In this document: positions 50,744 through 64,000 of the stretch, in pieces
Numbering within the stretch: position 1 is the stretch's first letter
Layout of the letters: the number at the start of each line of letters is the position of its first letter
Source: Proteromonas lacertae
Taxonomy: Eukaryota
Assembly (NCBI GenBank): GCA_002245135.1
Contig: NGBS01001184.1
Coordinates: 1-64,000, forward strand
Reading direction: 5' to 3'
DNA length: 64,000 bases
Notes under the pieces: model-generated
The model's input: only the letters and a program-made list of their open reading frames with translations
What the model was told of the DNA's origin: nothing
The model's database searches: none
Position numbers and translations under genes: made by a program

Positions 50744-53269
50744 ATGTATTGTGCATATTGTGGAAAAGAAGGCCATAAAAGATGTAGTAGATGTAAAAGT
50801 GTAACATATTGCAGTTCCGATTGTCAAAAAGCACATTGGAAACAACATAAAGGAGAATGCAAATTATTAGCAAAACCTATTGCTTCTAATAAAACTATAA
50901 GTGAATTAGAGGATGAAATTAAAGTATTTTTGTTTTATTTATTTTAGAAAGCTGAAATAGAATTACGAAAAGCAACAGAATTGCAACAAGAATCTATAAA
51001 GAAATACGAAGAAGCAAGAAAAGAGGCAAACATAGATGATGGAAAAGAATATAGTTATATTCCTCCAGCACCGTCAATAGAACCAACTACTAAAGCTCCA
51101 TCTGACCCAAAAGAACTGTTGTCTTATGCAAGAGAAACAACAGAATCATTGAAATCTGTTGAGAAAACTTTAAATGAAACAACAAATAAATGTAGTACAT
51201 TAAAGACATCTTTATCTGAATATAATAAAAATGGAATAATAATTGATAATATAGAAAAATCAATGCAAAAATCACTGGTGAATGAAATAGAGGATAATGA
51301 AATTTATGAAAAATCAAACTATTACAATTGGTCACAAAATGTATATAATAGTTAATAATTCATTTTAATAGCATAGTGATATAACAATGGTAATTGAAAT
51401 TCCACATAAAGTCAATAAGAGAGATATAAACATTCAGTTTAGTGATAAATATGTAAAAATAGAAAGTAAAGATATTCATATAGAAGGTGAATTACTGAAT
51501 AGAATTAATACTTCCAACTGCTTATGGGGAATTGATGATAATGGATTATTGATTGTTACTATTAATAAATATAAGAATGAAATATGGCCAAGATTGTTTA
51601 AGAATGATAAGAATGAAAAAATACAAAACAATAAACAAGGGAATAAAGATATACCAAAAACGAATGTATTATGTATTATAATTATATAAATAATAGAAGA
51701 ATATGAAATTAATTGAAGGATGTAATATATCAGGACCATTATATTGTATAAGAGGAAATGAAATAAGTGTAGAATATAATATAAACAACTTTGAACCAAA
51801 AGATAGAGATTTTATTGGATTATATAATTTTCATGAAAAAGACAATGACAATTTCATTGATAGTGGATGGTGTGATGGGAATAAAAGAGGTGAAGTAATG
51901 TTGAATATTCCAGAATATTTAGAAGAAGGAAATTATGAAGTATTTATATATATATATATATATATATATCATTATTAGATTCGTTATATATCTAGTAGTA
52001 ATGATATAATCTGTTTTTACATTATTAAAGTAATGAATGGATCAACAGTTGATAAAGATGAATCAGTACTAGTAGAACATATTGATTATTTAGTTGAGAA
52101 TGTTATAAATTTACAATGTTATAATATGTATATATAGAGGAATGAATTATTCTTAATAGTTATATAAAATGTGAGAATAACAGTAAGAAATGTGAAATTT
52201 TATATGAGAAAAAGATATGTAAATTTCATTATTCAGATAATACAAAGAAGAGTTATACAATTGAGATTAAATTAGATATTGATATTAACATCAGTAAAAG
52301 CATATGTGAATTTACAGTATAATAATAATAATTATATAAATACATATATGAATAGAATTCATTTATAATTATCAAATTGCCTTATGAAGTTAAAAAGACT
52401 GATCATTTCATTAATTCACTTGAAATAGTATATATATGTTTTTACTTATGTATTTAATATTAATTAGAATGATATAATGCCAAGTGATATTATTGATGAT
52501 AAATGTTTCATATGTAATGATTGTAATTCAATAATTATATCAGAGAATCAAATAAAAAATCATAAAATCATTCCATCTAGTCATTTTATTGAGTTTTTAC
52601 CTTATATATTTTGTGAAGGAGAATTACCAGAATGTTTTAGTAATGTATATATATCATCTATCTATTAATTGCTAATAGATTGATGATTGTTATAAAAGCA
52701 TAAAAGACACTCAAGTTATAAGTGATTATTATATAATTATCAATGAATCTAACATTACAAGTGGTTCTTTAGAATATAAAGATAATACAATCTACTGTAA
52801 AAAGTGTAATAATCCATTAGGATATAAAGATAAAGAAGATTTGATATTTTATAAGAGTGAAATACATAATAATATTGATGATGATGAAAAACATCATAAT
52901 TTAACAATAAGTAAAATTATAGCAAGAGAATTGTTACAAATGATTGAAAATGAAAATATATACTATTATATAATAAAAGAAAGTGATGATAATAGTATTA
53001 AAGATGATATAAGGATTTTAACTCTGTTTATATTGAATAAAAACATTAAAGTAGGAAAGAATGATGAAACTTTAAGATCATCTTTAAAGATAAAATATAA
53101 TTGCTATATAAATCCTTCTAAAGAAATATTAGAGAAATGGAATAATAAACTACCTACACACTCGTTACAATTACCAAAAAAGCATTTTGATTCAATTTTG
53201 GGTGATTTAATGAATTTGGCAGATTATCTTCCAAAAGATAAGATGAAGATAGGATATTTGTTTATTTGA
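50744..53269 (+). CDS. zf-MYND + CS + SKICH-like + UBE3D/HECT_2-like multidomain protein
   Basis: 'CAYC..CSRCKSVTYCSSDCQKAHWKQHKGEC'; 'YNWSQN..CLWGID..LIVTINK..WPRL'; 'DFIGLY..GNYEIRYI'; 'FICNDC..IPSSHF..FC', 'IYCKKCNNPLG'; exons traced from ~51700 to ~52500 splice in frame, and the other junctions have GT-AG introns. Confidence 0.7.
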
Positions 53270-53616
53270 TGAAAATAATTGAATTAATTCTTAATATTTA
53301 CTGATTATTGTTTAATTTTTCATTTTTTTGAACCTGCATAAGTAATTATACATATAAACATCAAACTTCTATATAGATGTGTTAATATATACATTAAAAT
53401 CAATGAAAAGGACAAATTACCTTTATGCAATAATTTCACAAATGAACATGATGTAATATATCCCAATATACAACACATTGCTTGATACATTTTTATATTG
53501 TTAACTCTTTATACTGGTAGAGAAAAAACACTTCAAAAATATTGGTAAATTTTTGTGTAATTATGACAATTGTGAAGTAATTGACAATCAATCTTTAAAA
53601 ATCTTTGGATTTCTCA

Positions 53617-55032
53617 ATGTCTTTCTCACAGTTTTATGTTTTGTCATCTCGAGGTGATCCTATATTATATAGAGATTGTATTATAACTATGATATGATAT
53701 TATTACAATAGATAGACAGGATTTACCGAAGACAACAATGGAAGTATTTTTCAGAAAAATATCATTTTGGCAAGGAGATCCACCTCCATTTTTTGTATTT
53801 AATTTTTGTTTATATATTAGAATGCTGAAGGTATAAATTATATATGGGCTAGAAAGAATGGCATATATTTTGTATGTACAGCAAGGTTTAATGTATCACC
53901 TACAGTAACAGTTGAACTTATAAACAGAATTATTCAGTTATTTGCTGATTATTGTGGTAAATTGACAGAACAAGATCTAAGAGAGAATTACCTATTATTA
54001 TATGAAGTATTAGATGAAGTTGATGATTTTGGATATCCACAAGACTCATCTGCTGAAGTTCTTAAACAACATGTGTTTAATACATCAGGATCAGTGTGGG
54101 ATACAATATCACCAGTATATTATTATTATTATATTCACTTATTTATATTAACATAGACTGGAGGACCAGTATCAGATATATCAATTGTGAATAGTAATGC
54201 AAAAGACAAGAATGAATTATTCGTAGATGTTGTTGAAAGGTTACACTGTACATTTAACTCAAATGGAGATATTATAATGAGTTCAATTGATGGACAAATT
54301 AATATAAAATCATTCTTACAAGAAAATCCAGTTGTTACATTAACTCTTGATCCGAATATAATCGTAGGAAGGCAAAAAGCAGCAGAAGCTGGTGGTGGAA
54401 TAGGACATATCATATTAGATGATGCAAATCTACATGAATGTATTGATTCACATCAATTTGAAGAATCTAAAATGTTGGTGTTTTACCCACCTGATGGTGA
54501 GTTTACTGCAATGTATTATCGTATTACATCTCCTTATAATCCACCATTTATGATTTATCCAATGATTGATCAGGAAATAGACACAAAAGTTGAATTAATT
54601 ATAAAATTAGTCGGGACTTATGCAAAGGAAATGTATGCTAGTAATGTTGGTTTGACATTTAATGCACCTGCATCTACTTTAACATGTACAACCAATTTAC
54701 CTGATGGAGTGACTGGAGAATCATGTGATTATAGAGAAAAAGAGAAAAAAGTTGTTTGGCAAATTGAAAAATGTGATGGTCAAGGAGAACATTTATTAAG
54801 AGTTGTATTTAGTTTGGATTCTCCAGCATCTGCTCATATTAGAAAGGAGATTGGACCATTAATGTATATATTATTATTATTATAAAATAGTTGTACATTT
54901 GCCATTCCTGGTGTTATGACATCACCATTAAAGATAGTAAAATGTGAAGTTGAGGATAAAACACCTAAGAACAAAGCAAAGAAATGGCTGAGAAGGTTGA
55001 CAACTAACTCATCTTACGTCTGTAGATTATAA
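53617..55032 (+). CDS. AP4M1: AP-4 complex mu subunit
   Basis: 'SQFYVLSSRGDPILYRDYR', 'FFRKISFWQGDPPP', 'YEVLDEVDDFGYPQ', 'KNELFVDVVERL', 'PPDGEF..M.YR', ends 'SSYVCRL'. Confidence 0.9.
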
Positions 55033-55296
55033 ATTCTATTTTCATATAATAATTTTGTGTGTATATAGTATTAAAATCACAACAATATACAACTAAATCT
55101 CTTCATTTTAAATAGATACTGAGATTATTAGAATTGTGAGTGATTTAACGAATTTGACAAAATATATTCTAAAACATAAGATAAAGATGTATATCGAATT
55201 AAATTTCATAATTTGCCAAAATCCTTTGTGTTTTTTTAAGAAAATACAAAAATTAATAACATTTAAACATAAGTGAATGATTAATTACATATTTAG

Positions 55297-56887
55297 TTAC
55301 TTCTGATCAGTTAAAGCTTTTCCTGTTGTTTCTATTTCACATTATTAAACTTAATAAATGATATATGCATATACCTGGTAAATATCTTATCATATACACA
55401 AAATACATCAAACCAATTTCTAATAATAATAAAAATAGAGTAGTCAATCCTAATTTCATAATATATGGAAATATATAAGTCATAGCACAGGAAGACAACC
55501 ATGATAAACAAATCGACAATTCACAAGCTTGAGCTATAAAACAAATACATATAAAAATAAAAAATAAATCATACATCTAACATGCAATGGAAATACTTCA
55601 GTTGCCCAAGCGAAGAATGAACCACCAATTCCAATTTGAAATCCTAGAATAACTAATACTAACGATATAATAGTGAATATATTGATTAATAAATATGGAG
55701 CAATAGAACTACCTAAAACACCAACCATCATCATTATTGAACCAATCATATAAGTATTTCTTCTTCCTAAATAATCCATTGAAATGGATGATAAGAAAGT
55801 ACCAATTAAACTTACCACTCCACCTATAATAATGGAATATAACAACACATCTTTAATTTTTATTTCATACAATATGAATGAAACATATGTAATTAGACCA
55901 TTCACACCAACACAATTCAAATGACTTCCTATGATTATTGACAATAAAATATTCCTCCATTCTTTTAAACTATACAAATTTGATGTTGTTGTTGTTTTCA
56001 TTTCTGTTGTTGTTGTTGTTGTTGCAACTGTAGATATATCAGTAGTGAGTGTAGATGTCGGTGTAAATGCTGTTTCAGCAGATGATTCATTCTCACATGT
56101 TAGTAATGGTAATTTTTCACTTGCTTTTGATCCACTTTCTACATAATCTATTAATAATAATATGTATGATAATAATAATATACATGGAGATTCTTGTATA
56201 AAGAACGTTAATATAAACAAACAGAGTGGATCTAATATAATAGAAATAAACTGAACTTGCCAATTCCAAGTTGGAATACATTTTACTTTATCTAAACTGA
56301 AATAACCACCTACTCCAATGTAATTTGATACTTCTGCTACTATAAAACCTATTGCAGAAGCAAATGATACTAATCCACCAACTAAACCTCTCTTTTTTGG
56401 ATCTACAACTTCAGATGAGTAAAGTGGACATACAGTTGAGAAATATCCACCGATAATTCCACAACAAATACGAATTAATGTTGAAACCCAAAAGTTATTA
56501 ACAACACAATTTAAAATACAGAAAACTACACCAAATAATGCAGAATATCTCAGTGTCTATAGTAAAATACTTTAATTCTATACTTTCACTCTACCAAATT
56601 TATCGGCAGTTCTTACACCAACTCCAGCACCGATAACCATTCCAAATGTAAAACTTGACATATAAATACTCTAATTGAAAAAAAGAGAAGAATATTTACT
56701 TGGTATGCATCTAATTTTGATTGAGATATATTGCTTACATCAAACCAGCTGCATTGAAGCATTGATCCAATGATTCCACCCAAGATACAGAATTGAAAGC
56801 CATAAAATGCTCCTCCCAATAGATTAACAACGGCTATAGCATTAACATATTTATCATAATTATAATACCAGGTATAAGTACAGACAT
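55297..56887 (-). CDS. MFS sugar porter family transporter
   Basis: 'GAFYGFQ', 'ADKFGR', 'PLYSSEVVDPKKRG', 'DYLGRR', 'TEVFPLHVR', 'PETTGK'. Confidence 0.88.
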
Positions 56888-56986
56888 TTATGCAAACAAG
56901 AGAATTAGGTTAATCTTAAGAAAAATGTATATTTTCAATCATAAAATCCCAATATTAAACCCAATTAAAAACAACAAAATCAATAT

Positions 56987-57066
56987 TTAATAACGCTGAT
57001 ACATGTTTGGAGGAACATTCAATAAAGCACCTCTATTATCGTCTATAAAAATAAAAAATAAATATT

Positions 57067-57101
<35 letters not shown>

Positions 57102-58931
57102 TAGCATAATTATTATATCTACTAGGCATAGGATTACCTTGCGCATATTGTGGATTTCCTCTCATTGGCATATTGCCATAATTATAATTAGGAGCAGGAA
57201 CAGATATGGTATTATAATAATAAGTTTTGAGAGAATAAAACAATTTAGCTTCAATTCTTTTTAATGAAAATTGTGGAGGTATATCAGGCCAATTCGGTAT
57301 AACGAAATTATTATATTCAACAAAATTCAATATATTTGGATTAGAACAGATTAATCTCCACAACTCATCACTATATTCACTAACTTCGTTCAAATCTCTC
57401 ATTTTTTCGATTTTGTCATAATCAACAGTTATCTTTTCACATGTTTTATAATCATATGGATTTTTCAAAGTATCTGTTGAAAATTTATTTTGCAAAATCA
57501 AACTACATCTTTTTTCTTCTTTATTATATTCATTATCTTTGGTTGCATTATATTCTTTTAATAATGTTTGTCTTATCTCACATCTTGTAATTGATTGTAG
57601 TTTATGCCATTGTATAATAACGTGAGGAGTATAATCGTTATCTTCATCAATATAATTATCTTTAGGAAATTTAACACTAATATAATAATAATAATCATTA
57701 TATATATATATATATATTTCATACTCAATTAATAATTTCTTTTCCATCTCCATATCTTGTTTTCTTAAATCACTATCGTTTGTATTTGCATTATCTCTCA
57801 TTCTATGTGCATCGAATTCATCAGAAATAAATAATTTCTCTTGAACCAATCGATCTTCTGGAGCCCAACAAATATGACGACTTTTCCTCTTATTATTATT
57901 ATTATTATTTGAAGAAGAAGTTGTTGTTGTTTCAGTTTCTGTTTCCATTGATGTTGTTGATTCTGATTTTATTTCTAAAGTATTATTATTTGACTCTAAT
58001 GAAGTGTTACTATTAGTTGGAGAAGAGAGTTTGCTTGCATTATGAAATGGAGATTGTGCAAATGGCGAAATTATCTTTTTATCATCTTCTGTTTTTTGTT
58101 TCTTTGCTGTATGTATTAATTGTCCAAATATATCACCTTTTTTAACTTCTTGCTTTCTCTTTTGAGCTGCAGCATCAGTTGAATTTTGTGTTGTAGTTGT
58201 AGATGTAGATGTAGATGTAGATGTAGCAGCAGTTGTAGCAGTTGTATTTGTGGGAGTTGTATTTCCTTTTGCTTTTGACAACTGTTTTTTCCATTCATTT
58301 TTAACTACTGAAGCATAATCTTTAATTTGAATATTATCTTGTTTACATAACTTTGATATTGTTTTATTTATTGAATTTGATTTATTTAATACTATGTCTT
58401 TATTTACAGGAAGAGAAGAAAGAAATTGAGTAATAATTCTTATTTCTTTAATTTCATTCCTTGATACAGAATCATTTAACCACTCGTGTAATTGAACTAA
58501 TATATTGTTATGCAGAAATTCAATAACTGTGTCTTTTGGTGTCTTCTGGAATGTCTTCATAATCAAATACTTTTCATCAAATAACTAATATTAAATATTA
58601 AATATATACCTTTGCACGATCTAGCAATTTTAATACTCCAGACTTGAGATCAAAGCCTCCTGTTTCATAATCTAACATTTTTACATAATATATGTCAAAA
58701 TCGCTTTGAGGCTGTTCTATTTGATCAGCTTGTATTATTTCCTAAACAAATTATGAATTATTTTTATGAAATACGGAATATTTGGGAAATAGTTTCAATT
58801 GTTCATTATAAATATTAGAAAACTATATAAAATGGTCAAAATAAGCATACATAATGTAAATCTTTTAGTTGTTTATTAAAAGTATTATTTACTCTCTCTG
58901 AAATTTGGTTTATAATTAATGATGGATTCAT
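56987..58931 (-). CDS. PNUTS/PPP1R10-like protein (TFIIS-N domain + PP1-binding motif)
   Basis: TFIIS-N-like 'LHEWL..FLSSLPV..INKTISKL..ASVVKNEWK' followed by 'RKSRHICWAPEDRLVQEKLF' (RVxF/W-type motif). Confidence 0.7.
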
Positions 58932-59167
58932 TTTCGATACACCCAAAAATATTTTCGTTAATTTTTTATTCATTTATAAAATCATGTAATTTAGATTAAT
59001 ATTCCATTACACTATTTAGATTATTATTTCAGTATGGTGTAATTTGAATTTGTGGAATAATAGTTAAGATAGTTTTACTCTTGATTATGTATGAGATTAG
59101 TTATGATATAGCAATCGTAGGGTTTTTATATTACGCATGATGTATATTGTCGTTGTTGTGATAAACT

Positions 59168-59198
59168 AGAAAGTTCTATGAAACTTGTTCTAGAACAA
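59168..59198 (+). promoter_or_regulatory. Heat-shock element (inverted nGAAn array)
   Basis: aGAAa-gTTCt (59168-59177) and palindrome TTGTTCTAGAACAA (59185-59198), ~75-100 nt upstream of the Hsp20 ATG. Confidence 0.75.
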
Positions 59199-59270
59199 TC
59201 TAGATGTTTCTTTAAAAGAATAAAAATCTCTTCATTTCTATTTTTCTTACAATTTTATAACTATATAATC

Positions 59271-59663
59271 ATGTCATCAAACACTGCAACTGAAGATATT
59301 AGAGTGTATTCTTGGACTCCCAAGTATGAAACAAAGAAAAACGAAAGATATTATGAATGGAGGGTATATATTCCAGGTGCTTCAGAGAGAAGTTTGGATA
59401 TGAGTTTAGAATTCGATAAGAAGGTTGTATTATTAACAGGATATAAAGAAGCCAACGTTACAGATCAAATTTATAAGAAAATATACAATATCGACATTCC
59501 AGAAGGTTATTTTAAGTTAGAAATACCATTTCCACCTGAAGAACTAGATTTTGATAATTTCAGACTCAATTCTGAAAACTGTACATTGATTTTAACTATT
59601 CCTTTGAAAAGTGCTCCACCGACAAAGAAAATCTTATTGAAGAAAGGAACTTTATCTATTTAA
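59271..59663 (+). CDS. Small heat-shock protein (Hsp20/alpha-crystallin domain)
   Basis: 'WTPKYETK..RVYIPG..LLTGYK..GYFKLEIPFP..ENCTLILTIP..KKILL'; intronless; HSE upstream. Confidence 0.8.
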   Translation: MSSNTATEDIRVYSWTPKYETKKNERYYEWRVYIPGASERSLDMSLEFDKKVVLLTGYKEANVTDQIYKKIYNIDIPEGYFKLEIPFPPEELDFDNFRLNSENCTLILTIPLKSAPPTKKILLKKGTLSI

Positions 59664-59832
59664 TTGTTTATACTTGATTAGTTATTTTTTGATTTTACTA
59701 TTTGTTGTTTGTTTGAGTATTTTATTATCATAACAATTAAAATAATTCAATAATATGATATTTTGTTATTCCGATCTAGATATAACATACAACAATTAAC
59801 AAAACACAGATTTAAATAATTGTGTTTCAAAA

Positions 59833-61118
59833 ATGAAAAAATCAATTTTTGGGCAAATAGAGTCTATTGGTTTAAATGTTTTGCTTGTTTTGGAGCATTG
59901 ATTGCTGAAGGATTTATAGACAACGCAAAAGGCATATTGCTTCCAGAAGTGAAATTTGAAAAAGATATTGACTATGCCATATATAGTTTTTTGCCAAATG
60001 CAATGCTCATTGGATATGTTATTTTTTCGTTATTATCAGCTTCAATTATATACAAATTTGGATATAGGTGGGCTTTTATCATTGGATATGTTGGTCCAAT
60101 AATTGGATTTATTGGAATATACTTTGTAGATAATCTGTACGCCTTGATGTTCTTTTTATTTTTATCATCAGCTGGATTAGGTTCTTTGGACTTAAGTGCT
60201 AATTCATTAGGTACTATTACCTTTACTACACACATTAGTTTAATGTTTTGCTTTTTGGTATTCTTTTACGGTGTTGGATCGTTCTTAGCTCCACCTTATA
60301 TAAAACTTTGGTATCAGTTATTCCCTCGTTTTGGTTATAGAGAACAGTATTTAGTAGCATTGATTCCTATTGGATTATTCTTCATTCCAACATTATTTGT
60401 TCCATTCGACAAGGATTCAAAGTCATCATATCAAAAACTAGAAGAAAGTGTAGATATAGATAAAGCACGGGAGGAATTATTAGAAAAACCAATAAAGTTA
60501 TCTCCTTATGAAGTATTAAAAGATGTTAGATTATGGACAATTATCTTAATAGCTGCTTTCACAACTATAACTGAAAGATCCACCAGTAGTTGGGGTGTAT
60601 TATATGCAACAAACTATCTGCACGTTAGTAAAAGTGTAGCAAGCGATTTCTTCACTTATTTCTTAATGATTTATACATTTTCAAGATTAGTGACAGGGTT
60701 TATTACTGATAGGTTTCGACCGACTAATGCTTTATATTTCTTAGAAATTGGTACATTACTTTGTGCTGTAATTGGATTTACTGTTAAAAATTCTAATGTT
60801 GCTTTAGGTTTTATTGCATTTACTGGATTTTTTGTTTCAACATTTTGGCCTGCTTTAATGGGAGTGATAATGGATCATTTTAAGAATGATGCAGAAACTG
60901 CAACTGGTTTTATTATGCCATTTCAATGTGTTATTCAGATTGGAGTTATGTATGCATTTGGAGTGATAAATGACTCATTTGGTGATGAATATGCTTATAT
61001 CTTATCATATGCTTCAACTGGAATTGCATTACTAATTACCATTTTGTTAGATATTCTTATAAGGATAGAAAAGAAACAAGAAAAGAAACGAGAACTAGAT
61101 GCAATAGTCGATCTATAA
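59833..61118 (+). CDS. Intronless 12-TM MFS transporter (FucP/TsgA-like)
   Basis: 12 hydrophobic segments, 'GLGSLDLSAN', 'FFYGVGSFLAP', 'E....SW...Y', 'SRLVTGFITDRF', 'STFWP'; nearest ATG (59833) is one base out of frame. Confidence 0.8.
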
Positions 61119-61243
61119 TTAATGCCATAATAAATACTATATATATAAATATAATTCACTTTTTATAATGTTTTTTAACATTATATTTTATTAAATAATC
61201 ACATAATCAAAAATTAAAATATAATTATGAAAATAAAAAAAAA

Positions 61244-64000
61244 TTAAAATGAAATTTTTCTTGCAGCAGCAGATGGTCTACCACCAATTCTAGTAGTAGC
61301 TGCAACTGATTCTGCAGATCTTATATAATCAGCTTTTACTCCACTTTCTCTATCTCCATCATCATATCTAACATCATATGTTCCATCACGATTATCTCGA
61401 CTTATCTCGCCTTTAAACCATCTCGCTCCACCATGATATCGAGCTTCAATCTTATCACCTTCTCGGAATGAAGATGAACTTGTTATTGGTTTTTCATCTA
61501 ATCCACCTCCGATCTTTCGAATATAATCGGATTTTACTCCACTTTCTCTATCTCCATCATCATATCTAACATCATATGTTCCATCACGATTATCTCGACT
61601 TATCTCGCCTTTAAACCATCTCGCTCCACCATGATATCGAGCTTCAATTTTATCACCTTCTCGGAATGAAGATGAAGAAGATGATGTACTAGCTGTTGTA
61701 TTACTCCCACCCACTTTTCGAATTAAGTCTTTAGTTACTCCACGTTCTTCATCACCATCATCATATCTTATGTTGAATGTTCCATCTAAATTAATTCGAC
61801 TGATTTTTCCAGGAAAATATCTGCTTCGACCACCATAACGAGCTTCTACTTTATCACCTTCAGACAAATCACTTTCACTTTTATCACCAAACAAATCTTC
61901 AATACCATCGATCTTTCGAATATAATCGGATTTTACTCCACTTTCTCTATCTCCATCATCATATCTAACATCATATGTTCCATCACGATTATCTCGACTT
62001 ATCTCGCCTTTAAACCATCTCGCTCCACCATGATATCGAGCTTCAATCTTATCACCTTCTCGGAATGAAGATGAACTTGTTATTGGTTTTTCATCTAATC
62101 CACCTCCGATCTTTCGAATATAATCGGATTTTACTCCACTTTCTCTATCTCCATCATCATATCTAACATCATATGTTCCATCACGATTATCTCGACTTAT
62201 CTCGCCTTTAAACCATCTCGCTCCACCATGATATCGAGCTTCAATCTTATCACCTTCTCGGAATGAAGATGAACTTGTTATTGGTTTTTCATCTAATCCA
62301 CCTCCGATCTTTCGAATATAATCGGATTTTACTCCACTTTCTCTATCTCCATCATCATATCTAACATCATATGTTCCATCACGATTATCTCGACTTATCT
62401 CGCCTTTAAACCATCTCGCTCCACCATGATATCGAGCTTCAATCTTATCACCTTCTCGGAATGAAGATGAACTTGTTATTGGTTTTTCATCTAATCCACC
62501 TCCGATCTTTCGAATATAATCGGATTTTACTCCACTTTCTCTATCTCCATCATCATATCTAACATCATATGTTCCATCACGATTATCTCGACTTATCTCG
62601 CCTTTAAACCATCTCGCTCCACCATGATATCGAGCTTCAATCTTATCACCTTCTCGGAATGAAGATGAACTTGTTATTGGTTTTTCATCTAATCCACCTC
62701 CGATCTTTCGAATATAATCGGATTTTACTCCACTTTCTCTATCTCCATCATCATATCTAACATCATATGTTCCATCACGATTATCTCGACTTATCTCGCC
62801 TTTAAACCATCTCGCTCCACCATGATATCGAGCTTCAATCTTATCACCTTCTCGGAATGAAGATGAGCTTGTTATTGGTTTTTCATCTAATCCACCTCCG
62901 ATCTTTCGAATATAATCGGATTTTACTCCACTTTCTCTATCTCCATCATCATATCTAACATCATATGTTCCATCACGATTATCTCGACTTATCTCGCCTT
63001 TAAACCATCTCGCTCCACCATGATATCGAGCTTCAATCTTATCACCTTCTCGGAATGAAGATGACTTGTTATTGGTTTTTCATCTAATCCACCTCCGATC
63101 TTTCGAATATAATCGGATTTTACTCCACTTTCTCTATCTCCATCATCATATCTAACATCATATGTTCCATCACGATTATCTCGACTTATCTCGCCTTTAA
63201 ACCATCTCGCTCCACCATGATATCGAGCTTCAATCTTATCACCTTCTCGGAATGAAGATGAAGCTTGTTATTGGTTTTTCATCTAATCCACCTCCGATCT
63301 TTCGAATATAATCGGATTTTACTCCACTTTCTCTATCTCCATCATCATATCTAACATCATATGTTCCATCACGATTATCTCGACTTATCTCGCCTTTAAA
63401 CCATCTCGCTCCACCATGATATCGAGCTTCAATCTTATCACCTTCTCGGAATGAAGATGAGCTTGTTATTGGTTTTTCATCTAATCCACCTCCGATCTTT
63501 CGAATATAATCGGATTTTACTCCACTTTCTCTATCTCCATCATCATATCTAACATCATATGTTCCATCACGATTATCTCGACTTATCTCGCCTTTAAACC
63601 ATCTCGCTCCACCATGATATCGAGCTTCAATCTTATCACCTTCTCGGAATGAAGATGAGCTTGTTATTGGTTTTTCATCTAATCCACCTCCGATCTTTCG
63701 AATATAATCGGATTTTACTCCACTTTCTCTATCTCCATCATCATATCTAACATCATATGTTCCATCACGATTATCTCGACTTATCTCGCCTTTAAACCAT
63801 CTCGCTCCACCATGATATCGAGCTTCAATCTTATCACCTTCTCGGAATGAAGATGAACTTGTTATTGGTTTTTCATCTAATCCACCTCCGATCTTTCGAA
63901 TATAATCGGATTTTACTCCACTTTCTCTATCTCCATCATCATATCTAACATCATATGTTCCATCACGATTATCTCGACTTATCTCGCCTTTAAACCATCT
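61244..64000 (-). CDS. Poly-Tudor/Agenet-like repeat protein, 3' part (5' end outside window)
   Basis: Repeated 'FREGDKIEARYHGGARWFKGEISRDNRDGTYDVRYDDGDRESGV'; reading frame continues through the array. Confidence 0.88.
61911..64000. repeat. 198-bp tandem array, ~10.5 near-identical units
   Basis: Unit marker ATCTTTCGAATATAATCGG at 61911, 62109, 62307, 62505, 62703, 62901, 63098, 63297, 63495, 63693, 63891. Confidence 0.97.

Noticed and set aside
57068..57100. (AT)n tracts (also ~43000, 46625, 47400, 51945)
   Set aside because: Ordinary microsatellites inside introns.
61911..64000. CRISPR-like array
   Set aside because: Units are identical 198-bp coding repeats with no unique spacers, in a eukaryotic context.
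1..64000. Alternative genetic code; tRNA or rRNA genes
   Set aside because: TAA, TAG and TGA all terminate conserved genes at expected positions; no cloverleaf or rRNA sequence recognised.

Overview
Gene-dense, very AT-rich eukaryotic nuclear DNA with about 45 protein-coding genes. Most are split by tiny (mostly ~25-37 nt) GT-AG introns, with very short intergenic regions and many head-to-head pairs. Intron size, compaction and complex I / mitochondrial-import genes suggest a Blastocystis-like stramenopile (inference). I assembled the gene models by hand by splicing GT..AG introns, so ends may be off by a few bases. Structural highlights: two inverted duplications (TMEM145-like pair at 2.5-5.0 kb; DIX+J-domain gene pair at 32.3-37.0 kb), a candidate ~264-nt pseudoknotted ncRNA at the outer edge of the second duplication, a recurrent TCAAGC promoter motif, and a 198-bp Tudor-domain tandem array running off the right end. 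Unusual proteins: a membrane-less, motif-dead P-type ATPase, a two-cysteine small Tim, a flytrap-7TM-RGS receptor and a MYND-CS-SKICH-HECT_2 fusion. Several single-base frameshifts look like long-read consensus errors.
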